Positions 8,881 to 19,398 of a stretch of 56,871 nt of DNA are shown piece after piece (the first letter of the stretch is position 1; each line of letters begins with the position of its first letter). This stretch comes from an archaeon. Its GTDB lineage: Archaea; Iainarchaeota; Iainarchaeia; Iainarchaeales; Iainarchaeaceae. Made by a program: the position numbers and the translations under genes. The notes beneath the pieces are model-generated. The model was given only the letters and a program-made list of their open reading frames with translations. It was not told the origin of the DNA and did no database searches. The stretch is taken from positions 1 through 56,871 of the forward strand of contig JANLGZ010000070.1 of the NCBI GenBank assembly GCA_024653905.1, read 5' to 3'.

Positions 8881-9459
8881 TCACCTCAAAGCATACAAAC
8901 TTGAAATTTTTCTTTCCTCAGAGTCTCCGGTTACTGTATCTCTTAATTTATTATCAATCAAAACCAAAGGTTTTCTTGACCTGACTCCATAAGCTTTCAC
9001 AACACCAAATTCAGGTTCTTTGGAACCAAGTTCTATGTTGTAAGAAGTTACATCTAAAACTCTTGCCCTTATGATGTCTCCTGCCCTATACATCGTGTCA
9101 ATGGAATCAACATAAGCATCAGCAATATTTGAAATTGCAAGAGAAGCATTTCTGTTATGAACAGTTCTGTTTTCACCGTCTTTTTCAGCAGAAATTACTT
9201 CTACTAAAACAGCATTTGTTTTTACAGAAGAAACCCTTCCATAAACAATACTTCCTTTTTCAATAAGTTTAACACTTCTTGAAAACTTTTCAACACTAGC
9301 TTCATGATTATCAGAATCGAGTTTTTTTACTCCGACTGAATCAGCATAAACGCTTCCTTCATCGTCCTCAAATGCATGGTTCCCTGCCATGAATTCTTCT
9401 TCATATGCAAGAAATTCGCCTGGTATAACTAAATCATCTTTTTTCAAAAAATCCCTCAA
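8881..9459 (-). CDS. csl4: exosome RNA-binding subunit Csl4
   Basis: LVIPGEFL..EEEF, S1 domain (GDIIRARV), FGVVKA...ERKIS. Confidence 0.9.
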   Translation of the reverse strand: MRDFLKKDDLVIPGEFLAYEEEFMAGNHAFEDDEGSVYADSVGVKKLDSDNHEASVEKFSRSVKLIEKGSIVYGRVSSVKTNAVLVEVISAEKDGENRTVHNRNASLAISNIADAYVDSIDTMYRAGDIIRARVLDVTSYNIELGSKEPEFGVVKAYGVRSRKPLVLIDNKLRDTVTGDSEERKISSLYALR

Positions 9460-9531
9460 AAAATAGGCTCTTTCTAAGAATAACTTCCTTCTAGAAATGT
9501 ATATAAATTACTATGATTTAATTGAAGTGGC

Positions 9532-10500
9532 ATGGTACTTGAATCTATCACTAGTTTAAATCTCGCTGAAAAACACCCAATAGCCCTGTTTTTTACTGCT
9601 TTCATAATGACCACAATAGCCATGTTTGTCAGCTATAAGCTATTTCCCTCCAGTAGCGCTGTACTCACAATAGCCTTTGTAACGATTGTTTTTATGCCAC
9701 TGATGCATAATATGTTCAAAAAAGAGGAAATCAAAGAAGTTGATGAAAAAGACATTCCTTTTGCATTTATAGCAACCCATTTTAATGTCATTCATATTTA
9801 CAGCTGGATTTTCATAGGAATGATTGTAGCATACACTTTCTGGGGCGTAGCTCTTCCCGATAATAATGAAAATTGCACGAGTTTTGGGTGTTTTCTGCCC
9901 GCAAAACAAGACGTATTTTTAGAGCAATATAGAGTCCATGGAAAAATAACCGGTAAAATAGTCGGAGAAACTGAATGCTTTAATGAAAAGAGCAAAAGTT
10001 TTGGCTCATGTTTTGAATTAATATTTGTAAACAATTCGTGGGTCATGGTGCTGGCAATAATATTCTCTTTAATATGGGGAGCAGGAGCAATATTTCTTCT
10101 TGGCTGGAACGCATCAGTAATAGGATTATTTTTGGCAATGGAAATAACTGCAAAAAGCCTTGATGCGGGAATCGTACGAGCCTTGGGTTATCTGCCTCAT
10201 GGAATTCCTGAAATAATGGCTTATTTTATTGCTGCAATAATAGGCGGAATTATTTCTGCTGCAATTTCCAAAAAAACATTCCAACCACACGAACTAAGAA
10301 TAGTTGCAATTGATACCTGTCTTTTACTATTATTAGCAACAATAACTCTGTTCATAGGCGCATTCATTGAGACAGCGAGTATATTCAACTACTTTGATGC
10401 CGCCCTCGGAGGAATAATAGCATTCGCAGCACTCTTCTTCATACTTTATATTCCTGGGGTTAGATACAAGATTAATAAAATCAGGAAAGAGAAAATTTAG
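9532..10500 (+). CDS. SpoIIM/DUF95-family membrane protein
   Basis: IFVNN, WNASVIG, LPHGIPEI..Y and AFIE motifs. Confidence 0.8.
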   Translation: MVLESITSLNLAEKHPIALFFTAFIMTTIAMFVSYKLFPSSSAVLTIAFVTIVFMPLMHNMFKKEEIKEVDEKDIPFAFIATHFNVIHIYSWIFIGMIVAYTFWGVALPDNNENCTSFGCFLPAKQDVFLEQYRVHGKITGKIVGETECFNEKSKSFGSCFELIFVNNSWVMVLAIIFSLIWGAGAIFLLGWNASVIGLFLAMEITAKSLDAGIVRALGYLPHGIPEIMAYFIAAIIGGIISAAISKKTFQPHELRIVAIDTCLLLLLATITLFIGAFIETASIFNYFDAALGGIIAFAALFFILYIPGVRYKINKIRKEKI

Positions 10501-11429
10501 TTCTTCTTTTTCAAAAATGCTTTTATTGCAGGCGCATATTGTTTCATTAGAGCTTCAAGTTCTTCAGGCGACATGTTTTTTGATGAAAGTGAACTCGCGA
10601 GTTTTGTAAGCTCCATTGGAAAAATGAATTTTGTTGATTTGCCTTCTCCTAATTTTTCAAGAGCCTGAATATAATAATAAGCAAGAGACTTATCATTCAG
10701 TTCCATTGTTGCTGCTTTTACAGCTTCAATTTCTGCTTGTTTAGCTTTTGCTCCTTCCATTCTAGCAAGTTTTTTTTGCACAGCTGCTTTTTGTTCGTGC
10801 ATTGCACTAATAACTGTTTTTGGAATCTGGATATCTTTTATTGCAACCTCTTCAATTTGAATACCCCACTTTTGAGCAAGCCTTTCAAGCTCAACTCTTA
10901 AATCCTTATTCAATTCTTCAATACTTGAAATTAATTCCGCAAGTGTCAAAGAACCGGCTTTATCCCTGATTAAACCAATAACAAAGTGTTCAGAAGCCTC
11001 GATATAATCCACAACCTCAATAACACTGTTTATCACAGATGCATTGTCCTTTCTGACCCTAAGATAAACAACCGCATCAATAGTAACCTCTACATTATCC
11101 TCGGTTACAATGTCCTGTTTTGGAATATCTATTGTTCTTGTTCTGGTATCCACAATAACCGCACTTTCAAGAGGAGGGATAATTACTGCCCAGCCAGGCC
11201 CAGCAACTCTTTTGACTTTTCCAAACCTAAATACAACAGCTCTTTCATAATCTTTCAGAGTAAGCAGGTAATCAAACCTTGCGAACAAAAAAAGTATTAT
11301 AAGTATAGGAATTATCCACAAAGCATTATCCGCAATAAACTGGAAATTATTAATAAGTACAAAAAGCACTGTTACAGCAAAAATGAACAATATTATGAAA
11401 ACAAAGAATTTCACGTTGTCTGACGGCAA
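10497..11429 (-). CDS. SPFH/band 7 (stomatin-like) protein
   Basis: YERAVVFRFG, PKQDIVTEDNV.V.IDAVVY, KWGIQIEEVAIKDI. Confidence 0.92.
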   Translation of the reverse strand: MPSDNVKFFVFIILFIFAVTVLFVLINNFQFIADNALWIIPILIILFLFARFDYLLTLKDYERAVVFRFGKVKRVAGPGWAVIIPPLESAVIVDTRTRTIDIPKQDIVTEDNVEVTIDAVVYLRVRKDNASVINSVIEVVDYIEASEHFVIGLIRDKAGSLTLAELISSIEELNKDLRVELERLAQKWGIQIEEVAIKDIQIPKTVISAMHEQKAAVQKKLARMEGAKAKQAEIEAVKAATMELNDKSLAYYYIQALEKLGEGKSTKFIFPMELTKLASSLSSKNMSPEELEALMKQYAPAIKAFLKKKN

Positions 11430-11514
11430 TTATGATCACTAAACCCTATTTAATTCTCTTTTATATATAAGGTTATATACAATTAATTCATTTAAATACA
11501 TAAGTGATGATCAA

Positions 11515-12750
11515 ATGATAAAAAACGAGAGTTTATTGGTATTATGCGTTGACCGAGACAACGATCTTGGAAAAAAAGTAGGCATAAATGGACCAATATT
11601 AGGCAGATCTGATTGTATAAAAGCAGCAGCAAAACTCGCGCTTAATGATCCTACAGATTCTGATTCAAACAGTATTTTTGGGGCTGTGAAAAAATTTGAT
11701 GAAGTAAAAAACCATTCAAATGCACAAGTTGCTATACTAACAGGATATGGAAAAACAGGTTTTGAATCAGACCACAAAATTGTTCAACAGCTTGATGAGG
11801 TACTTGATAAGTTTCCCGCAACAGGTGTTGTTCTTGTTACTGATGGTGCTGAAGATGATCAGGTTATTCCAATCATTCAGGGAAGAGTTCCGATAGTTTC
11901 AAAAGAAACAATTATTGTAAAGCAGGCATCAGAGGTTGAATCAACTTATTACACAATAAAACAGGTTTTGAAAGACCCTGATTTTACAAGAGCTTTCATT
12001 TTAGTTCCTGGAATTGTTGTACTGCTTTGGGGAATTTTAGCGTTTGCAGGGGCTGAAAAATTATTTTTCCAAAGTATGCTGATTGTTGTTGGTTCTTATT
12101 TAATTTTGAAAGGAACTGGATTAGAAGACAAAATTGCAGGAGCAATTTACACAGTAACCAAAAGCATGTCATTACAAAGAGTAAGTTTTCCTTTTTACTT
12201 GATGACGATTTTGTTATTCATAATTGGTTCATGGGCAGCATTTACAGAATTCAATACTCTAGGAAGTAATGTTTTCACAAGAGCTTCGGGAGCGGTTGGG
12301 CAAATACTTTTATTTTTAGTTTTAAGTTCGATTTCATTTGTAGTTGGAAAAAGTGTTGATGCAATACAACTCAAAAAAGCATACCTCATCAGAAAATACT
12401 TTGTAACAGGAGCTGCAGTATTCATACTTTGGTTTATTATGGATGCAACAAGACAAGTAATAGTTGGAGCACCATACGCTGATCTTGCATGGTTCAGTTC
12501 AAATGTATTAGCAAGCTTTGTATTCGGCGTAATAACTTACAAAATATCACAAGTGCTTGATTTAAGGAAAAAAATAACCGAACTATTAATTGGTCTGCCA
12601 GTATATAGCAAAGATGAAAAGTGGATTGGGGCTGTTGAATCAATCAAAAGAAAAGACAGCATTACTTTTACCAATAAGAAAACAAACAAAACAATGAATA
12701 TAAAAGAAGGACAATTTATTTTAAGCGAAGGAAGAGTAATACTGAACTAA
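11515..12750 (+). CDS. DUF373-family membrane protein with C-terminal PRC-barrel-like tail
   Basis: LVLCVDRDNDLG, DPTDSDSN, VTDGAEDD. Confidence 0.88.
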   Translation: MIKNESLLVLCVDRDNDLGKKVGINGPILGRSDCIKAAAKLALNDPTDSDSNSIFGAVKKFDEVKNHSNAQVAILTGYGKTGFESDHKIVQQLDEVLDKFPATGVVLVTDGAEDDQVIPIIQGRVPIVSKETIIVKQASEVESTYYTIKQVLKDPDFTRAFILVPGIVVLLWGILAFAGAEKLFFQSMLIVVGSYLILKGTGLEDKIAGAIYTVTKSMSLQRVSFPFYLMTILLFIIGSWAAFTEFNTLGSNVFTRASGAVGQILLFLVLSSISFVVGKSVDAIQLKKAYLIRKYFVTGAAVFILWFIMDATRQVIVGAPYADLAWFSSNVLASFVFGVITYKISQVLDLRKKITELLIGLPVYSKDEKWIGAVESIKRKDSITFTNKKTNKTMNIKEGQFILSEGRVILN

Positions 12751-12768
12751 TTTTTTAAATAAAAAAAC

Positions 12769-14676
12769 TTAATTAGCAGTTTTTGTTTCTTTCAAAACTT
12801 TGGTTAAATTCAATTTCATTAATTTTTTCAAACTTGTTAGTAACTTGGTTTTTTCTGCACCTTTAACAAATGCATGCTCAAGAACTTCTGAAAGATTTTT
12901 CACGGGAATAATTTTAACTTTTTTCAATCGTTCCTCTGACAAAACAACATCAGCAAGGTTCGAATAAGGAATTATTACTTCCTTAAAACCAGCATCAACC
13001 GCAGCAGTAATTTTAGAAGTAATACCCCCAACAGGCATGACTTCACCTCTTACACTTAATGAACCTGTCATTGCAAGATTTTGCTTTATTGGAATTCTTT
13101 CCAAAGCAGAAACAACAGCAGTAGCAACACTCACAGATGCTGAATCCCCTTCAACCCCACTATAAGACTGCAAAAACTGAATGTGTAAATCGTGCTTGAA
13201 AATATCCTTTCCTGAAAGTTTCTTTATTATAGCTGAAACATTCTGCACAGCTTCTCTTGCAATTTCTCCAAGTTTTCCAGTTGCAATAATTTTTCCCTCA
13301 GCACTTGATTGTGCAGGCGCAATTTCTGCTTCAATAGGCATAATCAAACCTGCATCCCCATCAGCCATAACAGCTAAACCATTAACCCTGCCAATAGCAC
13401 TTCCTTCAAAATGATAAACATCATAATCTTTTTTATCCTCAATTATCTTTTGAACCATTTGTTGTTCAAGAGTTCTTGCTGATACTTTCGCTTCAATAAC
13501 ATCCTGAGCAGTAACAAGAGCATGATTTTTTTCAATAGAAAGATCTCCCGCAGCTCTTATCAACCCGCCAAGATCACGAAGTTTAAGAGTTAACTTATTC
13601 TTTTTTCCAGCACGTCTTCTTGCCTCAAAAATAATTTCATTAACCGCATCCATTGCAAAGTGCGGAATCTTGCGATCATTAATAACTTCCTGCGCAATAA
13701 ACTGCACAATTTTATTCCTATTATCCTCAGTATCATTCATTTCAATATTCATATAAGCTTCATAACCATAACCTCTAATTCTGCTTCTCAATGCAGGATG
13801 AACTTTTTCTAAATCCTTATAATTTCCTGCTGCAACTAAAACAAAATCACAAGGAATTGGATCTGTTCGAGTCATAGCACCAGAAGACATTTCAGACTGA
13901 CCAGTAATAGAATATTTTTTTTCCTGCATTGCTGTTAAGAGTTCCTGCTGGGATTTCATTGAAAGAGTTGCAATTTCATCCACAAACAAAACACCGCCAG
14001 AAGCCTTGTGAATCATTCCAGGTTCAACCCTTAAATGCGCAGGAGTTCCAAGGCCGCCGCTTTGCAATGGGTCGTGGCGAACATCACCTAAAAGAGCACC
14101 AGCTCTTGCACCTGTTGCTTCAAAAAAAGGAGCAATCTTTTTTGTAGCATTATTAATCAAAAGTTTTGGAGTAATTGCCCCAGATTTCATTTTAACCTGT
14201 GCACCCAAAGCAAAACCAATCATCAAAAATCCACCAAGAATTAATGTTGCAGCATAAACAACATCAGGCATAAAACCTAAAGTCCAAACAACATAACTCA
14301 AAATAAACCAGCCCAAAGGAAGAATCATTCCAAGCAAACGCATGTTGTCTTCCTGTGCTTTATTTTCAAGTCTTGATTGTTCCAAAACTTTTTTTCCATG
14401 ACCTGCTTTTACAACTCTTACTTTTGGATTATTTTGGTCTTCTTCATTAGGATAAATAAGAACATCAACAAGTCTTTGCAAAGGCATTATTTCTGACATT
14501 GCTTTTGCAAGCATTGACTTTCCAGTCCCAGGAATTCCAATAAGCAAAACATTTCTCTTCTGAACTGCCGCTTTTCTGATTAATTCAACTGTTTTTTCCT
14601 GGCCTATAATCTGATCTAACAATAATTTAGGAACTTGAACTTCTTTTGTTGATTTTAGTTTAAGTAAGTCAGCCAT
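12769..14676 (-). CDS. lonB: membrane-anchored ATP-dependent protease LonB
   Basis: Walker [11 protein letters not shown] insertion, [16 protein letters not shown] catalytic Ser. Confidence 0.97.
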   Translation of the reverse strand: MADLLKLKSTKEVQVPKLLLDQIIGQEKTVELIRKAAVQKRNVLLIGIPGTGKSMLAKAMSEIMPLQRLVDVLIYPNEEDQNNPKVRVVKAGHGKKVLEQSRLENKAQEDNMRLLGMILPLGWFILSYVVWTLGFMPDVVYAATLILGGFLMIGFALGAQVKMKSGAITPKLLINNATKKIAPFFEATGARAGALLGDVRHDPLQSGGLGTPAHLRVEPGMIHKASGGVLFVDEIATLSMKSQQELLTAMQEKKYSITGQSEMSSGAMTRTDPIPCDFVLVAAGNYKDLEKVHPALRSRIRGYGYEAYMNIEMNDTEDNRNKIVQFIAQEVINDRKIPHFAMDAVNEIIFEARRRAGKKNKLTLKLRDLGGLIRAAGDLSIEKNHALVTAQDVIEAKVSARTLEQQMVQKIIEDKKDYDVYHFEGSAIGRVNGLAVMADGDAGLIMPIEAEIAPAQSSAEGKIIATGKLGEIAREAVQNVSAIIKKLSGKDIFKHDLHIQFLQSYSGVEGDSASVSVATAVVSALERIPIKQNLAMTGSLSVRGEVMPVGGITSKITAAVDAGFKEVIIPYSNLADVVLSEERLKKVKIIPVKNLSEVLEHAFVKGAEKTKLLTSLKKLMKLNLTKVLKETKTAN

Positions 14677-14740
14677 ATTATAGTATATATAAAAGAGAAT
14701 GAATTAAATAGTTTGCTAGAACAATCTAAACTGATTAACC

Positions 14741-15655
14741 ATGAGTGATAAAGCAAAAATAGTTTTTTTAGGTACTAGTGCCTCAACACCCACAAAGAAC
14801 CGCGGATTAAACAGCGTAGTGATACGCTTTGAAGGAGAATGGCTGCTTTTTGATATTCCTGAAGGAACACAAAGGCAAATGATGAAATCAAAAGTAAGTT
14901 ATTTGAAAATAAACCATGTTTTTATTTCACATTTCCACGCAGACCACATTCTTGGTTTAAGCGGTTTACTTGCAACAATGAACATTCACGGAAGAGACTG
15001 GCCAATAACAATTTATGGTCCTAAAGGGATAGAGGAAAAGGTTGATTCAATGCTGAAAATTGCAATGCTGACCCCTGGATTTGATGTTAAAACTGTAGAG
15101 GTTAAGAAAGGAATAATTCTGAAAGAAGAAAAGTTTTCGATTACAGCAACACCACTTAATCATGAAATTGAATGCTTTGGTTACATATTTAAAGAAAAAG
15201 ATAAGGAAGGAGAATTTAACAGGCAAAAAGCAATTAAGCTTGGAGTTCCAATTGGGCCTTTGTTTAGTGATTTGCAGAAAGGAAAAAAAGTGAAAGTTGA
15301 TGGAAAAACAATTAACCCGGAAGATGTTCTGGATGTAAGTAAGGCAAAGCCTGGAAGGAAAATTTCACTGATTTTTGATACACTTCCTTCAAAAAATTAT
15401 TACAAAGCAATAGAGAATTCTGATATTTTAATTCACGAATCTTCATTTTTGGATCAAATGAAAGAACGCGCCAAAGAAACAATGCATTCAACCGCTCTGC
15501 AAGCTGGAGAAGTTGCTAAAGAAACAAATGCAAAAAAACTAATTTTATTCCATTTGAGTGCAAGGCATAAAGAAAACGAAAAATTTGAACACGAAGCAAG
15601 AACAGCTTTTCCGAATGTAGAAGTAGCAAAAGATTTAATGGAAATCGAACTTTGA
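14741..15655 (+). CDS. rnz: ribonuclease Z
   Basis: FLGT...P, EGTQRQ, SHFHADH, GP-type exosite, HST, HLSAR. Confidence 0.95.
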   Translation: MSDKAKIVFLGTSASTPTKNRGLNSVVIRFEGEWLLFDIPEGTQRQMMKSKVSYLKINHVFISHFHADHILGLSGLLATMNIHGRDWPITIYGPKGIEEKVDSMLKIAMLTPGFDVKTVEVKKGIILKEEKFSITATPLNHEIECFGYIFKEKDKEGEFNRQKAIKLGVPIGPLFSDLQKGKKVKVDGKTINPEDVLDVSKAKPGRKISLIFDTLPSKNYYKAIENSDILIHESSFLDQMKERAKETMHSTALQAGEVAKETNAKKLILFHLSARHKENEKFEHEARTAFPNVEVAKDLMEIEL

Positions 15656-15775
15656 AATTAAATTATTTCAAAGCTAAAGCAGATATTCAAAGAACACGTT
15701 GAAGACAGACGATTTTAGAATAATTCTGCCGGAAAGAAAAGCATAAAAATAGTTTACTTATATTACTTAAATAAG

Positions 15776-15988
15776 GTGATTTTAATGGTTAATATGACGC
15801 TGGCGGTTAAGGAAAAAACCCATGCAGTAATAAAAAGGCACCCTGAAATAAAGTGGACTGAAGTCGCAAGGCAGGCTATCGAAAAGAAAGCGGCTTTGCT
15901 AGAATCGGAAAAGGACGAGTGGAGAAAATATGCTTTAAAGCATGCACTGGAAGACTGGGATGATGCTGATGAACTCATCGATTATTGA
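15776..15988 (+). CDS. putative RHH-like antitoxin
   Basis: VNMTLAV...HPEIKWTEVARQAI; overlaps the downstream toxin. Confidence 0.75.
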   Translation: MILMVNMTLAVKEKTHAVIKRHPEIKWTEVARQAIEKKAALLESEKDEWRKYALKHALEDWDDADELIDY

Positions 15989-16319
15989 ACAGGGTGAACT
16001 TGTAGTGGCGGACATAATGTTTGCCGAACAGGATGAAAAGAAAAGAAGGCTAGCACTTATCATCAGCAACACTGCTTATAACAAAGCATCAAATGATGTT
16101 GTAGTGCTCAAAGTCACGTCCAAAGCAAAGTCTTTGCAATACACTGTCAATCTCACAAACGAATCCACTATAAAAAAAGCACTCAGAAAGGACAGTACAA
16201 TAAGAGTTGATTTTCCGATTACTATTTCAAAGCAAAAAATTCTTGCGCGACCGGATAAGGTAAACATGGAAAAGCTCCGTGAAACAAAAGAAAGACTAAA
16301 AAATTTCTACGAGCTGTGA
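15969..16319 (+). CDS. PemK/MazF-family toxin
   Basis: QGELVVADIMF....KRRLALIISN...VVVLKVTS...STIRVD; start uncertain (15960-15969). Confidence 0.85.
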   Translation: MNSSIIEQGELVVADIMFAEQDEKKRRLALIISNTAYNKASNDVVVLKVTSKAKSLQYTVNLTNESTIKKALRKDSTIRVDFPITISKQKILARPDKVNMEKLRETKERLKNFYEL

Positions 16320-16447
16320 CAACTTTAAAAGAAGCCAACCCAGAAGCCACAGCCACACTACAAATAACCGACAAACAAGCAGAAAAACACTGCACACAAG
16401 CACTAATCAAACTAGCACAAAACAAAAAACTCAAAGAACTACAATAA
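16316..16447 (+). other. 43-codon ORF or gene remnant coupled to the toxin stop
   Basis: GTGA overlap; VTTLKEANPEATATLQITDKQAEKHCTQALIKLAQNKKLKELQ; strongly A/C-rich DNA. Confidence 0.3.
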
Positions 16448-16538
16448 AAACCAGTAAAAAAAAGAACTCCAACACCATTCTAATTCCATCTCCCTTCCAC
16501 AGCAACAAATATATTCTTTAATTACTTATTTAGAGTGC

Positions 16539-17261
16539 ATGAAAGCGGTTATTATTGCTGCAGGCAAAGGGGTTAGGTTAAGACCTATTACTGATGAGAT
16601 ACCTAAGTGCATGGCTGAACTGAAAGGAAAGCCAATGATGGAACATGTTCTTGTTAATTTGAAAAAAGCAGGAATTGAAGAATGTCATTTGGTTGTTGGT
16701 TATAAAAAAGATGTTATCGAAGAACACTTTGGACCTGAATTTGAAGGAATGAAATTGAATTATTTTGTTCAAGAAGAACCAAAAGGAACAGCACATGCGG
16801 TTAGTCTTGTAGAAGAATATATTGATGGGAAATTTTTGATTACTAATGCGGATGTGATTGTTGGTTCGCAAAATTACCAAGCTTTGATTAAGACGGATGA
16901 ATTTGATAAAGCAGACGGAGTTCTTTTAGCAAGAAAAGTCAAAGACCCATGGAGATACGGTGTTCTGAAAACTGAAGGTCAAAAAATAATTGATATTATT
17001 GAAAAACCAGCACCAGGAAAAGAACCAAGTAATCTTATCAATGCGGGAGTTTATCGTTTTTCGAAAGATTTTTTTGAAGCAATAAGAGAAACACAATTAT
17101 CAGAAAGGAATGAATATGAATTAGTGGATTCTATTAAAATTTATATGAAAAAAGGAAAAAATATGGAATTCCGAAATTGTATTGGGATGTGTGTGGATGT
17201 TGCCACAAAAGCTGATTTAGAAGAAGCAGATTCTATTCTTGATGAATTGTTTCCAATGTAA
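16539..17261 (+). CDS. sugar-phosphate nucleotidyltransferase (NTP_transferase domain only)
   Basis: AAGKGVRLRPIT...PK, QEEPKGTAHA, EKP, SERNEYEL. Confidence 0.92.
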   Translation: MKAVIIAAGKGVRLRPITDEIPKCMAELKGKPMMEHVLVNLKKAGIEECHLVVGYKKDVIEEHFGPEFEGMKLNYFVQEEPKGTAHAVSLVEEYIDGKFLITNADVIVGSQNYQALIKTDEFDKADGVLLARKVKDPWRYGVLKTEGQKIIDIIEKPAPGKEPSNLINAGVYRFSKDFFEAIRETQLSERNEYELVDSIKIYMKKGKNMEFRNCIGMCVDVATKADLEEADSILDELFPM

Positions 17262-17307
17262 TTTCTGAAACAATTTCCAATTTGAATTAAGTAGAATACT
17301 TTGTTTG

Positions 17308-17991
17308 TCAAGGGGTTTTGAAACTTTGACCCGGTTTTAAAATAACAGGAATTGTTTTCAGAATGCTTTTATCAATTCTTGCTTTGAATTCCTGCGGATC
17401 CGCTATTATTGAATCAAAAGAATTGTAATGCATCGGAATAGCATATTTGGGTTTCATTGTTTTCGCAGCACGAACCGCATCAATAACATCCATTGTGGAA
17501 CTTCCTCCAATAGGAAGAATTGCAACATCACAATCAATGTCATTAAATGAATCAGTTAATGATGTGTTTCCTGCAAAGAAAATTTTTTCCTTATCTTTTG
17601 TAAAACAAAAACTCAAAGGATAAAATGCATTAGGGTAATGGGCGCTCCTAACCTCAATATCAACCCCGCGTAAACTTAATTTGTCTCCAATCTTCACATT
17701 ATTTTTCAGACTAGGCGGAATATTCAAATCACTCAATATTGATTCATGACCAATAACCGAAGCATGATCTCTGGTTGCAATTAATTCAACAACTTTTTTA
17801 TCAAAATGATCAAAATGTTCATTGCTTATAAAAATTAATCCGATATTTTTCAGCTGGTCAACATTAACGGGGCATTTCATATTCATTTTAAAAGTTCCTT
17901 CATCAGGTGCGTTGATGAACGGGTCAACAAGAATGTTAACTCCTGTAAAAGAAATTTTAAAAAAAGAATGCCAGAGGTATTGAATTTTCAT
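17308..17991 (-). CDS. metallo-beta-lactamase-fold hydrolase (UPF0173-like)
   Basis: VDPF, SNEHFDH, DVAILPIGG..TM, AIPMHY; start set at MKIQYLW. Confidence 0.85.
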   Translation of the reverse strand: MKIQYLWHSFFKISFTGVNILVDPFINAPDEGTFKMNMKCPVNVDQLKNIGLIFISNEHFDHFDKKVVELIATRDHASVIGHESILSDLNIPPSLKNNVKIGDKLSLRGVDIEVRSAHYPNAFYPLSFCFTKDKEKIFFAGNTSLTDSFNDIDCDVAILPIGGSSTMDVIDAVRAAKTMKPKYAIPMHYNSFDSIIADPQEFKARIDKSILKTIPVILKPGQSFKTP

Positions 17992-18140
17992 TTGATCACT
18001 ATAAAAGAAAAGCGAGCGGAGTATATTAAACCACCATCTTAATTTCACTTATTAACACAATTAAAGTAAAAATCTGCAATTAGGCAAAAAACTTACAAAT
18101 GAAAAAGTTTATTTAATAATTAAACAATAGTATATGAATC

Positions 18141-18926
18141 ATGAAAAGAATTATTTTAATCCTGGCTTTGCTTTTTCTTTCACTTAGCGTTAATGCGGTT
18201 GAAATAAATCAGTTAACAATCAATATTGCAGTTGATAATCAAGGATTTGCAAACATAGTGGAAAACTATGATTTACAGTTCATCAGCCCTTTTGAAGAAG
18301 CGGATTTTGCCAATAAAACAATTGAAAACTCATCAAGCCTGCAGGCATGGCAGGCAGACTACGATTTTTTTTACCCAAGGTTTGCACAAAACATTACTGA
18401 AATAAGCCCTACACCCCCGATAAAAATCAGTTTTAATAATGAGGCAAACAGGCTAACATTCGAATATAGTTTGCGCGAAAGATTTGCAACTTTAACATCA
18501 GAAGAACAAAGATCTGATTTTTTTATAATAAACAATAAACAATTGGCAATCTTTTTGGACACAAGCATAATAGTTATTCCTGAAAATAATACCGTCAGAA
18601 TAAACATACCTCAAAATTCTGAAATTGACACTTCAAAACTTCCTGAAAAAGCAGTGGTTTCAGGAAACACAATTATTCTAAGCGGAATTCGGAGTAATTC
18701 AATTTCCATTGAATACAGAGTCATGAAACCGATAGCCCCAACAAGCGGAGAACTCATACAGGGACTTTCTGGAATTTATGTAATACTTGCACCGATATTG
18801 ATTGTGCTTCTTGTATTTGCTTACATTAAAAGAAATGAGCTAGAAGAAAAAATTGAAACATATTTGGTTAAACATTCAGAAATGAAAACAAGAAAAGAAG
18901 AAGAAATCGATGTTGAACTGGATTAA
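18141..18926 (+). CDS. secreted protein with C-terminal membrane anchor
   Basis: N-terminal signal peptide (VNA/VE), beta-rich body, C-terminal TM and charged tail. Confidence 0.75.
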   Translation: MKRIILILALLFLSLSVNAVEINQLTINIAVDNQGFANIVENYDLQFISPFEEADFANKTIENSSSLQAWQADYDFFYPRFAQNITEISPTPPIKISFNNEANRLTFEYSLRERFATLTSEEQRSDFFIINNKQLAIFLDTSIIVIPENNTVRINIPQNSEIDTSKLPEKAVVSGNTIILSGIRSNSISIEYRVMKPIAPTSGELIQGLSGIYVILAPILIVLLVFAYIKRNELEEKIETYLVKHSEMKTRKEEEIDVELD

Positions 18927-19324
18927 TTCTTAAAAGAGCGGTGCTTTTTTATTTCTCCTTGAATAACTCCGCGGAAATTTATTTTAAGTTTTTTCAGAAT
19001 GTTTTGTATACTATAATCATCAGTAATGACAACAAACTTTGTTTTCCTTTCCCGAAACTCAATTGCAAGGGCAATAACAGAAATATCTGTGTCACTTATT
19101 TTTGTTCCTGATTCTGCACATTTCTGATTGGTAATCTGAACAGATAAAGGACAAGGATCCTGAATTGTTAATAATCCTTGATTTTCGGCATTTTCCGCAA
19201 GGGATTTGCTTCTGAAATCTTTTAATTCATTAAAAACATTAGAAGTAATGAAATATTTGTTTCCATTTTCAAAAGAGAAATTTTCATCGTTAAGAAGTGC
19301 GGGAGAATCAAGAATATAAATCAT
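18923..19324 (-). CDS. nob1: Nob1-like PIN endonuclease (zinc ribbon absent)
   Basis: YILDS, ISDTDISVIALA, ITDDYSIQN. Confidence 0.85.
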   Translation of the reverse strand: MIYILDSPALLNDENFSFENGNKYFITSNVFNELKDFRSKSLAENAENQGLLTIQDPCPLSVQITNQKCAESGTKISDTDISVIALAIEFRERKTKFVVITDDYSIQNILKKLKINFRGVIQGEIKKHRSFKN

Positions 19325-19398
19325 GCCAAAAACAACCTCTAAATAGGTTACTATCCAATACTTTTAATACTAATGATATATTATAGTGCTGTGGTACA

